A program made the translations under genes and the position numbers. A stretch of 60,449 bases of DNA from Octopus sinensis (Eukaryota). The stretch lies in assembly GCF_006345805.1 (NCBI RefSeq), contig NW_021832427.1, positions 1-60,449 on the forward strand. The letters are read 5' to 3'. A model generated the notes under the pieces. The model saw only the letters and a list, made by a program, of their open reading frames with translations, searched no databases and was not told where the DNA came from. The first letter of the stretch is position 1. Each line of letters starts with the position of its first letter. Of this stretch, positions 26,353 to 40,349 are shown piece after piece.

Positions 26353-26432
<80 letters not shown>

Positions 26433-26519
26433 ATTGCTGAAGGATTAAATTTGAACAAAGGACATACTAAGTATGTCTACCTCCCAAATTTACTCGCAAA
26501 ACATACTTTCTACCTATCC

Positions 26520-26560
26520 TTTGATCTATCTGTCTGTCTGTCTATTTATCTACCTGTCTG

Positions 26561-26619
<59 letters not shown>

Positions 26620-26622
26620 GTC

Positions 26623-26703
<81 letters not shown>
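26520..26703. repeat. (TCTA)n microsatellite
   Basis: Directly visible. Confidence 0.95.
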
Positions 26704-26704
<1 letters not shown>

Positions 26705-26971
26705 AGGAAACATTAAAAGGTTTGAACAAAACCCCAATACACAAATATTAACAGTGTATAGACAATAGTGTTTGCATGCATTGTAAGCCTAATACGTGGC
26801 CTACTTTCAATACAATAGAAAATGCATGTTTTATTAGATTGACATTTGATGTGATGTTCGCGCCAAACACTCGCAAGAACAAAACAGCATAACAAAATGA
26901 AAAAATACACACTGTGAAAGCATTTGTATTGAAGAGGAGGATGAAGGATTTACAAATAACATATAAGAAAA

Positions 26972-27187
26972 GGATATTTGATGTTTATCAATCCCGGTAC
27001 GTGTTTTGGGGACACTGCAAGTTAATGGTTGTTCTGAAATGTTTGTATTGGAGTTTCGGCGCGAATGCCCAGCAGTACAGCATGTCATTCCCAAATTTCT
27101 GGGAGGATGAATTGCATCATGGTGCTGATTCTCTCACAGACGGTGCCCAAGTGACCTTATTATACTCTTCAGTCGACAAAATAAAAA
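26972..27187 (-). mobile_element. maT derivative 5' fragment
   Basis: Reverse complement is homologous to about 700-1150 minus the SINE; nearly identical to 28531-28746. Confidence 0.8.
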
Positions 27188-27423
27188 TTGATGAAGGATT
27201 AGACATGGATTAGATACAGTGAATTTAATATATGAGAATTTAGAGAGGGTAAAATAACAATCTCTCCAAATAAATATACATAAAGTACGTTGATTCATTA
27301 TTTATACTGTCTGTGTTCCTTAAATCTAAGATATAAGCATCAGGGCGCTGGCCATAGAATGGGCATGCAGTACAATCCTAGAGCATGCTCTTTCCCCAAG
27401 TAAAGAAACAATACACATGTATG

Positions 27424-27454
<31 letters not shown>

Positions 27455-27514
27455 CTATGTACGTACATGTATGTATACGTATGTGTATGTATGTGTACAT
27501 AGCTACAAGCATAA

Positions 27515-27552
<38 letters not shown>

Positions 27553-27608
27553 TATTATATATATATATATTATATATATATATATCTATATATATTGATA
27601 GAAATGTC

Positions 27609-27778
27609 AAGACAACAAAAGAATGAAAGAGACCTCGATGTTATGTAAATAGTGGAATTTATCTGTAAATATAGTATGTAACAATTATTCGGTAGCCATG
27701 ATAAAACTCCGCTTTTCGGATGTCGGGGCGGAAACCGACGCTGGCATCTTTTCAGTTATTGGGCCATCGAAAAAATGC
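27609..27778. mobile_element. Single arm of the 6921-7247 foldback family
   Basis: AAGACAACAAAAG..GACCTCGAT.TTATGTAAATA..GGAATTTATCTGT..ACAATTATTCGGTAGCCATGATAAAA.TCCG. Confidence 0.8.
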
Positions 27779-27826
27779 TATGAAAATTACCGTTAAACAA
27801 ACATATATATATATATATACATACAT

Positions 27827-27881
<55 letters not shown>

Positions 27882-28309
27882 TGTAGCTATGTACACATAT
27901 ATACATATCCGTACAAACAGATAAACACATACGTAAATTCATACATACATGCATGTATATAAATACAACTATCTATCCATCTATCTATCTATTTATCTAC
28001 AAACACACGTGGGCACACGCACGCACACAGACACAGGCACAGACATATACACACTCACATATGAGTAGTTTATTGATTAAACATTAAATAATATCATTTA
28101 AATAATTAAACGATTAAATAATATTATTCCACAATTTTCACCTTTAATATGTATTTTGCACAAACACACAACAGCAATGGAATAAGAAAATGTGCTTCAA
28201 CTGCAAACTGCTGGGATTTACCCAGACTACTAATAAAAGAATTATACAACACGAAAATGGAAATATCAAGATTTAATAGCAAATTACATTTGGTTCTGCA
28301 CCAGGTTCT

Positions 28310-28746
28310 GGCTTCTCCTGCACTGGGTTCTCCTGCTTGTATGGCATGGTGCAGAGTCTTTTTGCCAGACATAAGATCTTCTAGCAGCCAATTTCTTGAC
28401 CCAGGGCAGCACCTCTTCCTCCAGGCATTTAATGCAGGCCTCCGGGTTCAGTGTGAGGCCCTGTGAGAAGATGAATGGAGGAATAACGTTGCTATCACAA
28501 GTGATCACTCCGTACACCACGATTTTGACTGGATATTTGATGTTTATCAATCCCGGTACGTGTTTTGGGGACGCTGCAAGTTAATGGTTGTTCTGAAATG
28601 TTTGTATTGGAGTTTCGGCGCGAATGCCCAGCACTACAGCATGTCATTCCCAAATTTCTGGGAGGATGAATTGCATCATGGTGCTGATTCTCTCACAGAC
28701 GGTGCCCAAGTGACCTTATTATACTCTTCAGTCGACAAAATAAAAA
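28310..28746 (-). mobile_element. maT derivative fragment with DDE remnant
   Basis: KYPVKIVVYGVITCDSNVIPPFIFSQGLTLNPEACIKCLEEEVLPWVKKLAARRSYVWQKDSAPCHTSRRTQ. Confidence 0.85.
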
Positions 28747-28935
28747 ACAAACAATGCAGATGCACGAAATTAAAAATATAAAATGTCGACAATTTACCTA
28801 TTGCACCTTGTATATATGCATAATTACATACATACCTACTGTATACACACACACATATATACGTACATAATATTCAAGCACATTTCTCTCGTTTACACGT
28901 TTATATAGACTATATATGTTGCTATTATGATTATT

Positions 28936-29375
28936 AAGTCGGCGAGCTGTCACAATCGTTGGCTGGCCGGGCGAAATGTTTAGCGGTATTTCGTCTGCTG
29001 CTACGTTCTGAGTTGAAATTGCGCCGAGTTCGACTTTGCCTCTCATCCATTCGAGGTCGATTATATAAGTACCTGCTACGCACTGGGGTCGATGAAATCG
29101 ACTAAATCCCCCACCAAACTGCCCTTTGTCAAAATTTGAAATTATTATTATTATGATTATTAAGGCGGCAATCAGGCAGAACCGTTAGCACGCCGGGCGA
29201 AATGTACGGCAGTATTTCGTCCGCCGCAATGTCCTGAGTTCGAATTCCGCCGAGGTCGACGTTGTCTCTCATCCTTTTGGGATCGATCAATTAAGTACCT
29301 GTGGAATAGTGGAGTACATGTGATCGATCATTCCCTCCCCACAAAATCCAGGCCTTGTGCTTATAGAGGCAAGGA
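28936..29375 (+). mobile_element. Two tandem diverged SINE A-type copies
   Basis: Two heads (GGCGAGCTG.., GGCGGCAATCAGGCAGAACCGTTAG) separated by (ATT)n. Confidence 0.75.
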
Positions 29376-29656
29376 GTATTATTTTCATTATTATTGCATG
29401 AATATATATTTAATTAAAGGACACAATATATATATATATATATTATATATATATATATATATGATATTAAATTAGAGACAAAACCACTACTATGCAAATC
29501 AAACAATGAAAGACTTAAGCCAATACATAATTAATTTATATTATTTAAATGTGTAACAATTATTAAAAAATATAATTAATAATAATTAATTATAATTAAT
29601 TAATATAATTAATTAATATCCACTATAAAATTGGATTCAATATATATATATAATAT

Positions 29657-29699
<43 letters not shown>

Positions 29700-29700
<1 letters not shown>

Positions 29701-29775
29701 ATAAGGGTTTAACGCTTCGAGCGGAGCTCTTCGTCGGAACATAGGAGAAGAGAAGGGAAGAGAGAGGGAAAAAAA
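29700..29775 (-). mobile_element. Short PLE-type tail with a degenerate HHR-like motif
   Basis: Sense reads CCGACGA-A-GAGC(UCC)GCUC-GAAG-CGUU-AAAC, embedded in (TA)n. Confidence 0.4.
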
Positions 29776-29817
29776 AGAAATATATATATATATATAATAT
29801 ATATATATATACATATA

Positions 29818-29985
29818 TACGACGGGCTTCTTTCAGTTTCCGTCTACCAAATCCACTCACAAGGCATTGGTCGGCCCGGGGCTATAGCAGAAGACCCTTG
29901 CCCAAGGTGCCACGCAGTGGGACTGAACCCGGAACCATGTGGTTGGTTAGCAAGCTACTTACCGCACAGCCACTTCTGTGCCTAT
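29818..29985 (-). mobile_element. SINE family B 5' half
   Basis: CGACGGGCTTCTTTCAGTTTCCG..CACAGCCACTTCTG. Confidence 0.85.
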
Positions 29986-30299
29986 ATTATATATATATAA
30001 TTTACTTAAAGGACAGGTTCTACAGACACAAACCACATATAACGATCTAAGGCAACATTGAATAATTGAAGAAACGCGAAAAAACTGAAATGGCAGTATT
30101 TGGTAAACGCAAATGGTAAAAAATGGGAAACGAAAAAAGAAAGCATGAAAAGTTAAAATTAGAAAGGTAAAAGAATTATCCTCCTCAGACCTTAAATTAT
30201 AAGGCTGGAAAGCTATTAAGTGAGCCGGGAAAAATTCTTCAAAATATGTTTATACATATGCTTGCAACCAATGAAAATTTCTGAACTCATCGTATAATA

Positions 30300-30500
30300 C
30301 TTTCTATAAGCCTAATGAAAAACTCGCATATATACATAAACAGTCTTGTCACCCTCGTGTAATATTTAGAAACCTGTTAGCTAATATTAGTAGTAGCGTT
30401 GCTAACCTCTCTTCTTCTAAAAAGTTGCCCACTGTTATAACAATGCCATAGCCAATAGTGGCTTCAAAGATAAATTTATATATGGACAACCTAATAATGA
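30300..30500 (+). pseudogene. PLE reverse-transcriptase thumb fragment
   Basis: FYKPNEKLAYIHKQSCHPRVIFRNLLANISS..ANLSSS..YNNAIANSGFKDKF matches the PLE pattern YRKPN..LYI...SNHP...K.LP..I..R.S.LSS...Y..AL..SGY. Confidence 0.7.
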
Positions 30501-30635
30501 TCAGAATAATAACAATAGATCTAGTGGCATCAAAAATAATGTAATACATAACCTTTCTAGTATTAATCAAAATGATAGTAATGGCAGAAACGTTAGCGCG
30601 CCGGGTGAAATGCTAAGCAGTATTTCATGTTTTTA

Positions 30636-31509
<874 letters not shown>

Positions 31510-31606
31510 TAATAATAATAATAATGATAATAATAATAATGATAACAATAATAATAATATAATAATAATATAATAATAATAATAATAATAATAATATATA
31601 ATAATA

Positions 31607-31682
<76 letters not shown>

Positions 31683-31709
31683 TAATAAAATAATAATAAT
31701 AATAATAAT

Positions 31710-32340
31710 AGACCTAAAAATAGACCAAGGAAAACTATTTTGGTTGCCTCTTCCTTTTCCGTTCATATAAAAACTAACAGGTAAATGATCCCTCTCTCTC
31801 CTAGACAATCACTTCAGCAACTCACAGATACAGGAAAATATTTAATAGACGTACTATGAAATTATCATACAGCTGCTGCTATATAATTACACGTGGTCAA
31901 AACCAGGAGTCTAAATCCAGTTACAACTGTCGCGACCCAGGATCCTGTCCACTTGACCAACGATGCATGAATAAATCTATCATATATGAGGCAGAAGTTA
32001 CTGCAACCATAATTAACAATACATCAGATAAGAACATATATACTGGATTATGTGAAGGGCAATTTAAAAATCGTTATGCTAATCGCATAGCCTCCTACCG
32101 ATATAAAGGACAAAAGCAAAGATGTCAACTTGGTTAGCGAAGTATGGAGTTTGAAAGATACGGAAACACAACATGTGATTAAGTGGAAAATAATTGAGAA
32201 ATCCATACCTTATAATCCATACCGAATAAATGTAGGCTTTGTTTAGCTGAAAGAGCGCAGATCATGTTCAGATCTAAGATCCCTAACTCTCCACTGAACT
32301 CTAGGTAAGAAATTTTCAGCGTGTTCAAGGGTAGGTTTTG
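31710..32340 (+). pseudogene. PLE linker and GIY-YIG endonuclease remnant
   Basis: RPRKTI..LLDNHF..RKIFNRRTMKLSYSC..NCRDPGSCPLDQRCMNKSIIYEAEV..KNIYTGLCEGQFKNRY..VWSLKD..KCRLCLAER..LNSR. Confidence 0.85.
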
Positions 32341-32975
32341 AAGAATAGGAAAATCCCGCCTATTTCCGATTATCTTGTTGATATCTATCCAGCCTTAAGG
32401 TCTAAAGAAGATAACCCTTTTACCTTTTTACTTTTCATTTTTTACATTTTAGTCTTCGTGTTTTCGTTTTCCCTTTTTTACATTCTAGGTTTTCTATATG
32501 CAGCCTTCTCAGTTTTTCCCGTTTCTTCTATTCAAATTTTTTTCATTCCGTTATGATTTGTGGTTTGTACCTCAAGAATATATTCGAGACATTCCTCAAC
32601 ATATGAAACTATTAGTAACACTTAAAGACATGTACTGAGTCCTTCAAATAAATAATATTTATCTCTCACCAAATAGAGCCCTTTTTGTTGAATTTTCTAT
32701 CATAGAACAGTACAACACACACACACACATACACGCACATGTGTATGTGTGTATTGTGTGTATGTAGTTTATATATATATATATTTTTTTTTTCTAGTTT
32801 CAGCTCAGAGCTGCGGCCATGCTGATGCACCACCGTTTTGTGCTACACTGTTATTGCGACGAACCTCGTCTAATATGTGGCACTTGTGCTTATAGTGGCA
32901 AGGAGTATTATTTTCATTATTATTGCATGAATATATATTTATATATATATATATACATATATATATACACTTCTT

Positions 32976-33017
<42 letters not shown>

Positions 33018-33965
33018 AAGAAGTCATAAACTAATACACTACCCAGTTAAAGATTTACTTTCTCAGGAAAGTATGCAAAATGAATTAGTTATAATGGCAA
33101 ATGTGACGAAAAGACCGATTATCGAAGAATAATTGTTAGCAATTTAGATTTCTTGCTAAGAACTAGGCGTTTCACGTCGAAATATCAATTATACGGGCAA
33201 TTATTATGGAAAATAAATGATATTAATCATTCAACACATATCCCGCTTTTATTGCTTTGAAATTATTGTAGAATTTATAATTTGCATTAAAATTGATTAC
33301 TTAATTAAACTCGTATAAGCTAGAAATTATTCAAAATATTCTAACTTTTAAAAAAAGCAAAAACATAAAAAATCTGACAGACAGATAGGAGCCAGCATGA
33401 AAAAGTAGAAGATTGGAAGAAACGAAAAACGTAAGTTGTGTATAGTGTTTTTAAATTCATTTAACTTGTATAAACTTCTACAAATCGTTCTAAATATTTT
33501 ATCATTTCTCACACAGAGATACAAGCTAAAGAATAGAAAAACTCGTACACAAACACAGAAACACACTCTCCCTCTCTCGCTCATATGCACACACACACAC
33601 GTAGATATTACATGTGTGTGCGTATAAGTGATTTGCAGTCTGTCTTCATTTTCAATTAAAACGACTAACCATGTAATTAATAATTGTCTTAAATATTTTA
33701 TAGTTAATCTTTTGTGTCTGTCACAAGAATGTAGGCCGCAAATGTCAGATAAATGAATCTAGTTCTTTATTATTCACTACTAATTGACAAACACCAACTT
33801 GATGATTTGTTTAAACGAGATATAAAATTCAATTACATATAAAGTCTGTAAATCAGAAAAAGAAAGAAAAAGAAAATGTAAAAAAAAATAGTAACTAATT
33901 ACAATGTTTTGTCTTTCCTTGAAGACATAGTAATCTAAACATATATATATATATATATATGTATA

Positions 33966-34169
33966 TACTCTTTTACTCTTTTACTTGTTTCAGTCATTTG
34001 ACTGCGGGCATGCTGGAGCACCGCCTTTAGTCGAGCAAATCGACCCCGGGACTTATTCTTTGTAAGCCCAGTACTTATTCTAACTGTCACTTTTGCCGAA
34101 TCGCTAAGTGACGGAGACGTAAACGCACCATCATCGGTTGTTAAGCAATGCTAGAGGGACAAAAACAGT

Positions 34170-34203
<34 letters not shown>

Positions 34204-34371
34204 CATATATCCGACAGGCTTCTTTCAGTTTCCGTCTACCAAATCCACTCACAAGGCATTAGTCGGCCCGAGGCTATAACAGAAGACACTTGCCCAAGAT
34301 GCCACGCAGTGGGACCGAACCCGGAACCATGTGGTTGGTAAACAAGCTACTTATCACACAGCCACTCCTGC

Positions 34372-34372
<1 letters not shown>
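33966..34372 (-). mobile_element. SINE family B, full length
   Basis: Complete head, body and tail. Confidence 0.9.
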
Positions 34373-34406
<34 letters not shown>

Positions 34407-35299
34407 AAATAATATATACACACAAAATTATATAAAACAAAAAAAGGAAAAATTCAATTGTCACTAGATGTGACTGGAGGTGTATAAACACACGCACTCA
34501 CACACATACAGAGGAATGTGTGTGTGTGTCTGTATGCATGCGTGTATAATTATGCACTTTAGTAAGGGTACATATGTGGTTTTAGATTTTAGTGGCTTTC
34601 ACCTGTTGACTGTTCTTATGCTGTAATTATGTGTATGTTGCTTGAAACCGTGAACATTTCACGGTAGACCTGATTTATTCACTTTTAATATAAATTCACT
34701 CTAAATTTTCGATAAATATATGGAGTTTATTTTAATACGAGCATCCATTTATGCAGATATTTTACTTCATATTTTTATAAAATGAAAGTCAGGTAATGTT
34801 CTGAGGTATTCGTATTTTGTACATTACTGTCCGATAAAAACAAAATCAAATGAAAAAGATTTTATTTTGACTATTATTTTCAATTTTATCCATTTTCAAT
34901 TTAATGCTGAAACCGAAAGTAACATAAATTCTCATAGTGAACTTTCTATTATAATCTGGCATGTTAAACATGAAATCAATGATGTAATACATATATTACG
35001 GTGTGTATGTAACATTTTACTAAAAACAAATGAAAAAATATAATTCTCAAGCTCCGATAAGCGTAAATGACAGCTTAAATACCAGAGAAATTTCTAATAT
35101 TTATAAAATAATACATGAAAAATAACTGTTTTATTAAATCTGTTATTTATACATCTTTGTATATTAGTCTCCAAGTCTCCAAATATTCATAAAATTATAT
35201 TATGAACCACTAGTTTCTTTTTCTAATATCCAAAGTATTTTATTATACTCAGGAAAAATTCCATTACATATACGTACATACAACCATACATACTTGCAC

Positions 35300-35607
35300 A
35301 CACACGCACACACCTCGTTTATATTTTCCCTGTTTCAACCATTGTACTGTGGCCATGCCAGAACCCCACCATGCAGGGTTTTAGTCGAAGAAATCGACCC
35401 CCAGTACAATTTTTTAAAGTCTGGTTCTTTTTCAATCAGTTTATTTTACCGAACTACTAAGTTATGGAGGTGTAAACGGACCAACACTGATTGTCAAGTG
35501 GTGTGTAGTGACAAACAACGACGCAAAGACACACACACCGACAAACACACGCATATACAAACACACTGATATATATATACATACACACGCGCGCGCTCAT
35601 ATACATG

Positions 35608-35650
<43 letters not shown>

Positions 35651-35790
35651 GTATATATGAATATGCAACGGGATTCCACACAATTTGCCTCTACCAAATT
35701 CAATCACAAAGTCTGTAGACGTAGGCGAAGATACTTGCCGAAGGTTGCACGCAGTGAAACTTAATTAGAGACCAGGCCCGCGTTTCTTAA
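35300..35790 (-). mobile_element. Diverged SINE B-type copy
   Basis: TGTTTCAACCATTGTACTGTGGCCATG..TTTAGTCGAAGAAATCGACCCC..CTACCAAATTCAATCACAA..GCACGCAGTG. Confidence 0.65.
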
Positions 35791-36592
35791 CCGTACAGCC
35801 TTGCTCTAAATTTCTCTCATTCTCTCTTTCTCATTCTTCCTTAGATGTATTCTTCTTTCTCTCTCACATTTACTCCCTTTTCTCTTAATCTATTTATATA
35901 TCTATCTTTATATGTTCCTCTTCCTATTTCAATTTGAACAATGATCGCCACCACTACCACACAACCATCAATAGCAACAGTGTGTTTTTTTGTTTTTACT
36001 CTCTTTCTGCTTGAGACACTTCTGTTAGCCGTGACATGCGCGAACAGACAGTAGGTAGAAAGAAAGTACAATTAGTTGGTTAATTCTGTGACGACAATGT
36101 CTGAGAGGCAACATAACTTCTTGTAGAGCCAGGTGTTAGAAGATTTGTTGGAACCAGAGTTTTTCGGCACTCGGGCGTCTTGGTCTAGCAGCAAAAATTG
36201 TAAGTTGCTGACAAAGCAAGCCATTACATCTGGCTCATTATAAACGACGAATGGTCAGAAAGAATTAACTTTAGAGATGATCGAAACATCTGGCTCAAAT
36301 TCATGACATTTGACTCAACAAAACTCGTGTTGTTGTATGGGAGTTTTCTCACCTATATAGCTGAGCAGACTCTGACAACTCTGGAGTCCCAGTGGACAGA
36401 AGCCGAGACACCTGGAACTGTTACACCACCTGCATCCAGAGACGGAGTACAACGTTACTCACAACACACAAATGTATAACATAAATATATCAGAGATTCT
36501 CAACATACCCTTTTCACTTTTCGTTAGAATGCCATTCTCTACCTTTCTAAGATTATTTGACTAAAATGGTGCTTTCCATATATTATGCATAT

Positions 36593-36900
36593 CAACGTGA
36601 TCACCGTGACCGACCAGGCTATCAGATGTAGTTACACATCGCTGGTCACAATGCGTTCGCATTGTTTTAGCCTTCAAATGACGCCACTCCGCTGGCTAAG
36701 CGAGCAGGCCAACAGAAGAAAGAGTGAGAGAAAGTTGTGGTGAAAGAGTACAGCAGGGATCACCACCCCCTGCCGAAGCCTCGTGGAGCTTTTAGGTGTT
36801 TTTGCTCAATAAACACTCACAACGCCCGGTCTAGGAATCGAAACCGCGATCCTACGACCGTGAGTCCGCTGCCCTAACCACTAGGCCATTGCGCCTCCAC
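36593..36900 (-). mobile_element. SINE family C, tail type 2 (RTE-like)
   Basis: C head; 11-bp TSD ATTATGCATAT at 36582-36592 and 36901-36911; tail resembles the RTE 3' end at 48484-48560. Confidence 0.9.
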
Positions 36901-37295
36901 ATTATGCATATATTATTTAAAATAGTTTTCAACAGTAGTGCTTACCCACTTATTTAGAATAATCTTATCGTCGAATTACAGATTATATAGTACTAGAAAA
37001 TGTTGGTCGATTTTAAATCTTAAAATAACGTACAATCATTTTTACATATTCATACCAAAATACTTAACATACTAAAGTTAACTGAAGCATACTTTCAGTA
37101 AACAGAACTAAAACAAAAACTAAAGTAAAATGGCACTTTATATTAATGAGAAAACATCGAATATATGACGGAATACTTCAAAGGGCACAATACGGATCAT
37201 TTTCAACCCCTTGTCTACTCTCCAGCTTCATTTTTATTTGCAACAAAGTTGAAAAGCTTACTTGCAAGTATTGGATGACGAAAGGATATATACAT

Positions 37296-37349
<54 letters not shown>

Positions 37350-37352
<3 letters not shown>

Positions 37353-37395
37353 AAGTAAATAAATGGCACAACGTTGTGCCATTTATTTACTTTGT
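37350..37395. repeat. 46-bp perfect spacerless palindrome
   Basis: ACAAAGTAAATAAATGGCACAAC|GTTGTGCCATTTATTTACTTTGT. Confidence 0.95.
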
Positions 37396-37455
37396 GTATT
37401 TTTCCCTCACGGGCTATTCTTTACTGGAAAGCAATACTCTAGTATTGCATTACTA

Positions 37456-37528
<73 letters not shown>

Positions 37529-37539
37529 ATATATATGCA

Positions 37540-38690
37540 TGTATATAAATCAGAGAAGAACCACCATGACGCAATTCAACAACGATATACTTACATCCTA
37601 CCATACAGAAAAAAAATAAAGATACGATAAAACATTTACCTAAAACTGAATACAGAACTAAATAATAATAAATAGTATATATAATTAGTAAATAGACTAC
37701 ACATGTTTCGTGGCTATATTTTCAAATTGATAACAATAAAATCAATTCAATTTAAATATCGTCACTCATCAGGTCTAAGATAAAAACAATAAAATAATTA
37801 AATAAATGTACGTATATTATCTTAACATGTAATAAATGTACATATATTACGTGCATTTATTAGTTATATGTAGCCATACAACTACATATAATTGCATGCG
37901 TGTATTTCACTATCATGCATATCATGTATGAACGGATGTCTACATATAAGTGAGAGAAACGGGTGCTTATAGATGGGTACGCCAGAGTGGGATCTGGGTA
38001 TTACCCCCATTCGGATTTACTGATGAGGGAGGGTTTGTATTCCTGTATACAGACAGCTTCGGTGACCTGTCTCAACATTGCATCCGTGGCATGTGTAAAT
38101 AGGATGTCTAACATAAGTCTCCCTAAGGAATCATTGTGACAGTCTACAGTATGCTGATAGGAGATGGAGTTTGGATTTTTTCTCAATGTAGTTGTTCAGG
38201 TGTTCTTTGAACTTACCGTTAATACTCCTAGATGTCTCACAGATATAGGAGTCCGGAATAACCCTTCCTGGCACTTATTCTGGTGTACAGTGCTTTTCTT
38301 TTTGCAGTTCACATGTGGGCTTGTAGAACATACTACACAATTATTCCCACACGGGATTTTATCAAAGCAGTATGACTTACTTAATACAGCCTTGATAGTT
38401 CTATCTGTCTTTTCTACAACTTTGATTTTAAGGCTAGTTGTGCGCAGGATTTTCTTAAATGCCCTACTTAACTCGTTGATAGGTGTAGCGTCAACAAACA
38501 GTACATTGTGAAAATTGTTGTTATTATACCATGTATTATTTCTATTTCTTTTGTTGGTGTCCCTCTCCAAGCTATTCCATAACTTGTTGCGTTATATTGG
38601 GCATATGCCGTTTTCATTCTCTCTTAGAATGCGTTCGAATCTTGCTTTCGCTCCTTTCGCTCCTTTGTACACTCTGATTCTATCGTACTG
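37540..38690 (-). mobile_element. 5'-truncated PLE (GIY-YIG remnant plus 3' region with HHR)
   Basis: VLFVDATPINEL..IKVVEKTDRTIKAVLSKS..C.NNCVVC..NCKKKSTVH..YICETSRSINGKFKEH..CH..MLRQVTEAVCI..LISKSEWG* ending at 38001; frameshifted. Confidence 0.85.
37693..37777 (-). ncRNA. Type I hammerhead ribozyme with extended loop II
   Basis: Sense: stem I UAGAC/GUCUA (5 bp), CUGAUGA, stem II GUGAC/GCCAC (one mismatch), GAAA, C-AUGU-G (palindrome ACAUGU), cleavage after GUA. Confidence 0.8.
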
Positions 38691-40349
38691 TGTATACACA
38701 TTTACAATCACCATTCTCTCTCATTTACATGAAGACAGCCATACATACATGTTGAGATGCATAATACTGAAACATATGTATGTAATTATTTATGGTGGTA
38801 TGAGTGTACATAGATTAATATGCATGGAAATATGTGTAGATGGATGTGTATCTTTATGTGCGTATATATGTGTGCGTGTATGTGTGTGTGTACGTGTGTG
38901 TATGTGCGTGTGAGAGAGTATATGCATGTGTATGAGTGTGTATATGCACTCGCATATGGGCATATGTGTGTGTGTATATATATGTATATGTATATATCAT
39001 ATATGTATGCACACACACACACATATATATGTCTATGTAAAATACAAAAAAAGTATTTGAGTTCAACCGTTGTCTGTCAAAATGGAGACATATGTATGTG
39101 TAGATGGATAAACGAATATATGTGTATACTTTAAGATTATACGTATATGTGTGTATATACGTGTTTATATGATTGTGCCTGCTTGTACATAAATATAGGT
39201 AGGCTTATATTTGCATGTATGTATCTAAGACATTGCGTTTACTCACCGTCGGAAAGTGGTGAGAGGAACATATATATATATATATATATACAACCTTCGA
39301 CAGTGTAATAACTGTATATGCAACCTGAGCAAACACACACATATCAGTACATAAGCATACCACTACATCTATATACACATCTATATACGTAGACGCAGGC
39401 ACTTCTATACGCTTACATATCTAAATATTCACATACACACATACATACATACATACATACATACATACATACGTACATACAAGCATACATGCAAGCATAC
39501 ATGCGTATAGCTGTATACCCATGCAGATGCATATACACATGCATACATACATGCATACATGCACACATACATACATACATACATACTACATACATACATA
39601 CATACATACATACATACATACATACATACATACATACATACATACATAAACGCATATACATTCTGAACTAACCGTTACTTTTTCAGATGCAGCTTGAAGT
39701 TTTGTCACAAATTAAATTTAAAGATATATATATAATTTTTTTCAGAATGAGATAAAAAAAACCAAGGGTGTGACGATTTTTAGAACATTTATAAATATTT
39801 TTTTTTTAATCTCATTCTGAAAAAAATTTTTTATATGTACACATGCTGATATATGACCTACGTTGGACTCCTTATCCGCATAATCACCGAACCTGGAGCT
39901 TAACTATGATCTATCTATAGCACTTACTCAGCATTACCTGACACCTTTGGGCCTTATTGACACCATTACTTCTCATAACCTCTCTCTCTCTCACTCTCTC
40001 TCTCTCTATATATATATATACATTTAAAAAATATAAGAAAACATATATAGTATTAATATACACAAATCACATGTGCTGCTGTATTTAGAGCTAAATTTGT
40101 CTAGACAGTAAACAATTCTTCCTAATTTTGTCACAAGCCTAACACTTTTGATTGGGGAGGGAGAAATTCATTAAATCGGCATTCAGTGCTAAACATGATA
40201 TTTTATCAATTCCGGAAATTTTAAAAGGAAAGTTGAACTTAAGGGGCATTTGAATTCAAAGAGTAAAGAGACAGATAAATTGCCGGCAAGCATTGTGTCC
40301 GATGTGGTAAGTATTCACCTGGCTCACCGCCTTGGCCAAACAGTAAATA

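Larger units (their letters stand above)
25508..26360. mobile_element. Copy of the 552-bp HHR family with an inverted duplication
   Basis: Minus-sense part 25508-25892 and plus-sense part 25893-26360. Arms 25626-25892 and 26098-26360 are near-perfect reverse complements; (TA)n on both sides. Confidence 0.85.

Noticed and set aside
32565-32625. Possible HHR downstream of the 31.7-32.3 kb PLE
   Set aside because: The core reads CUCAAGA and stem I does not pair; too degenerate to call.
39734-39828. 20-bp inverted repeat
   Set aside because: A/T-rich and short, with no TSD or second copy in the window.
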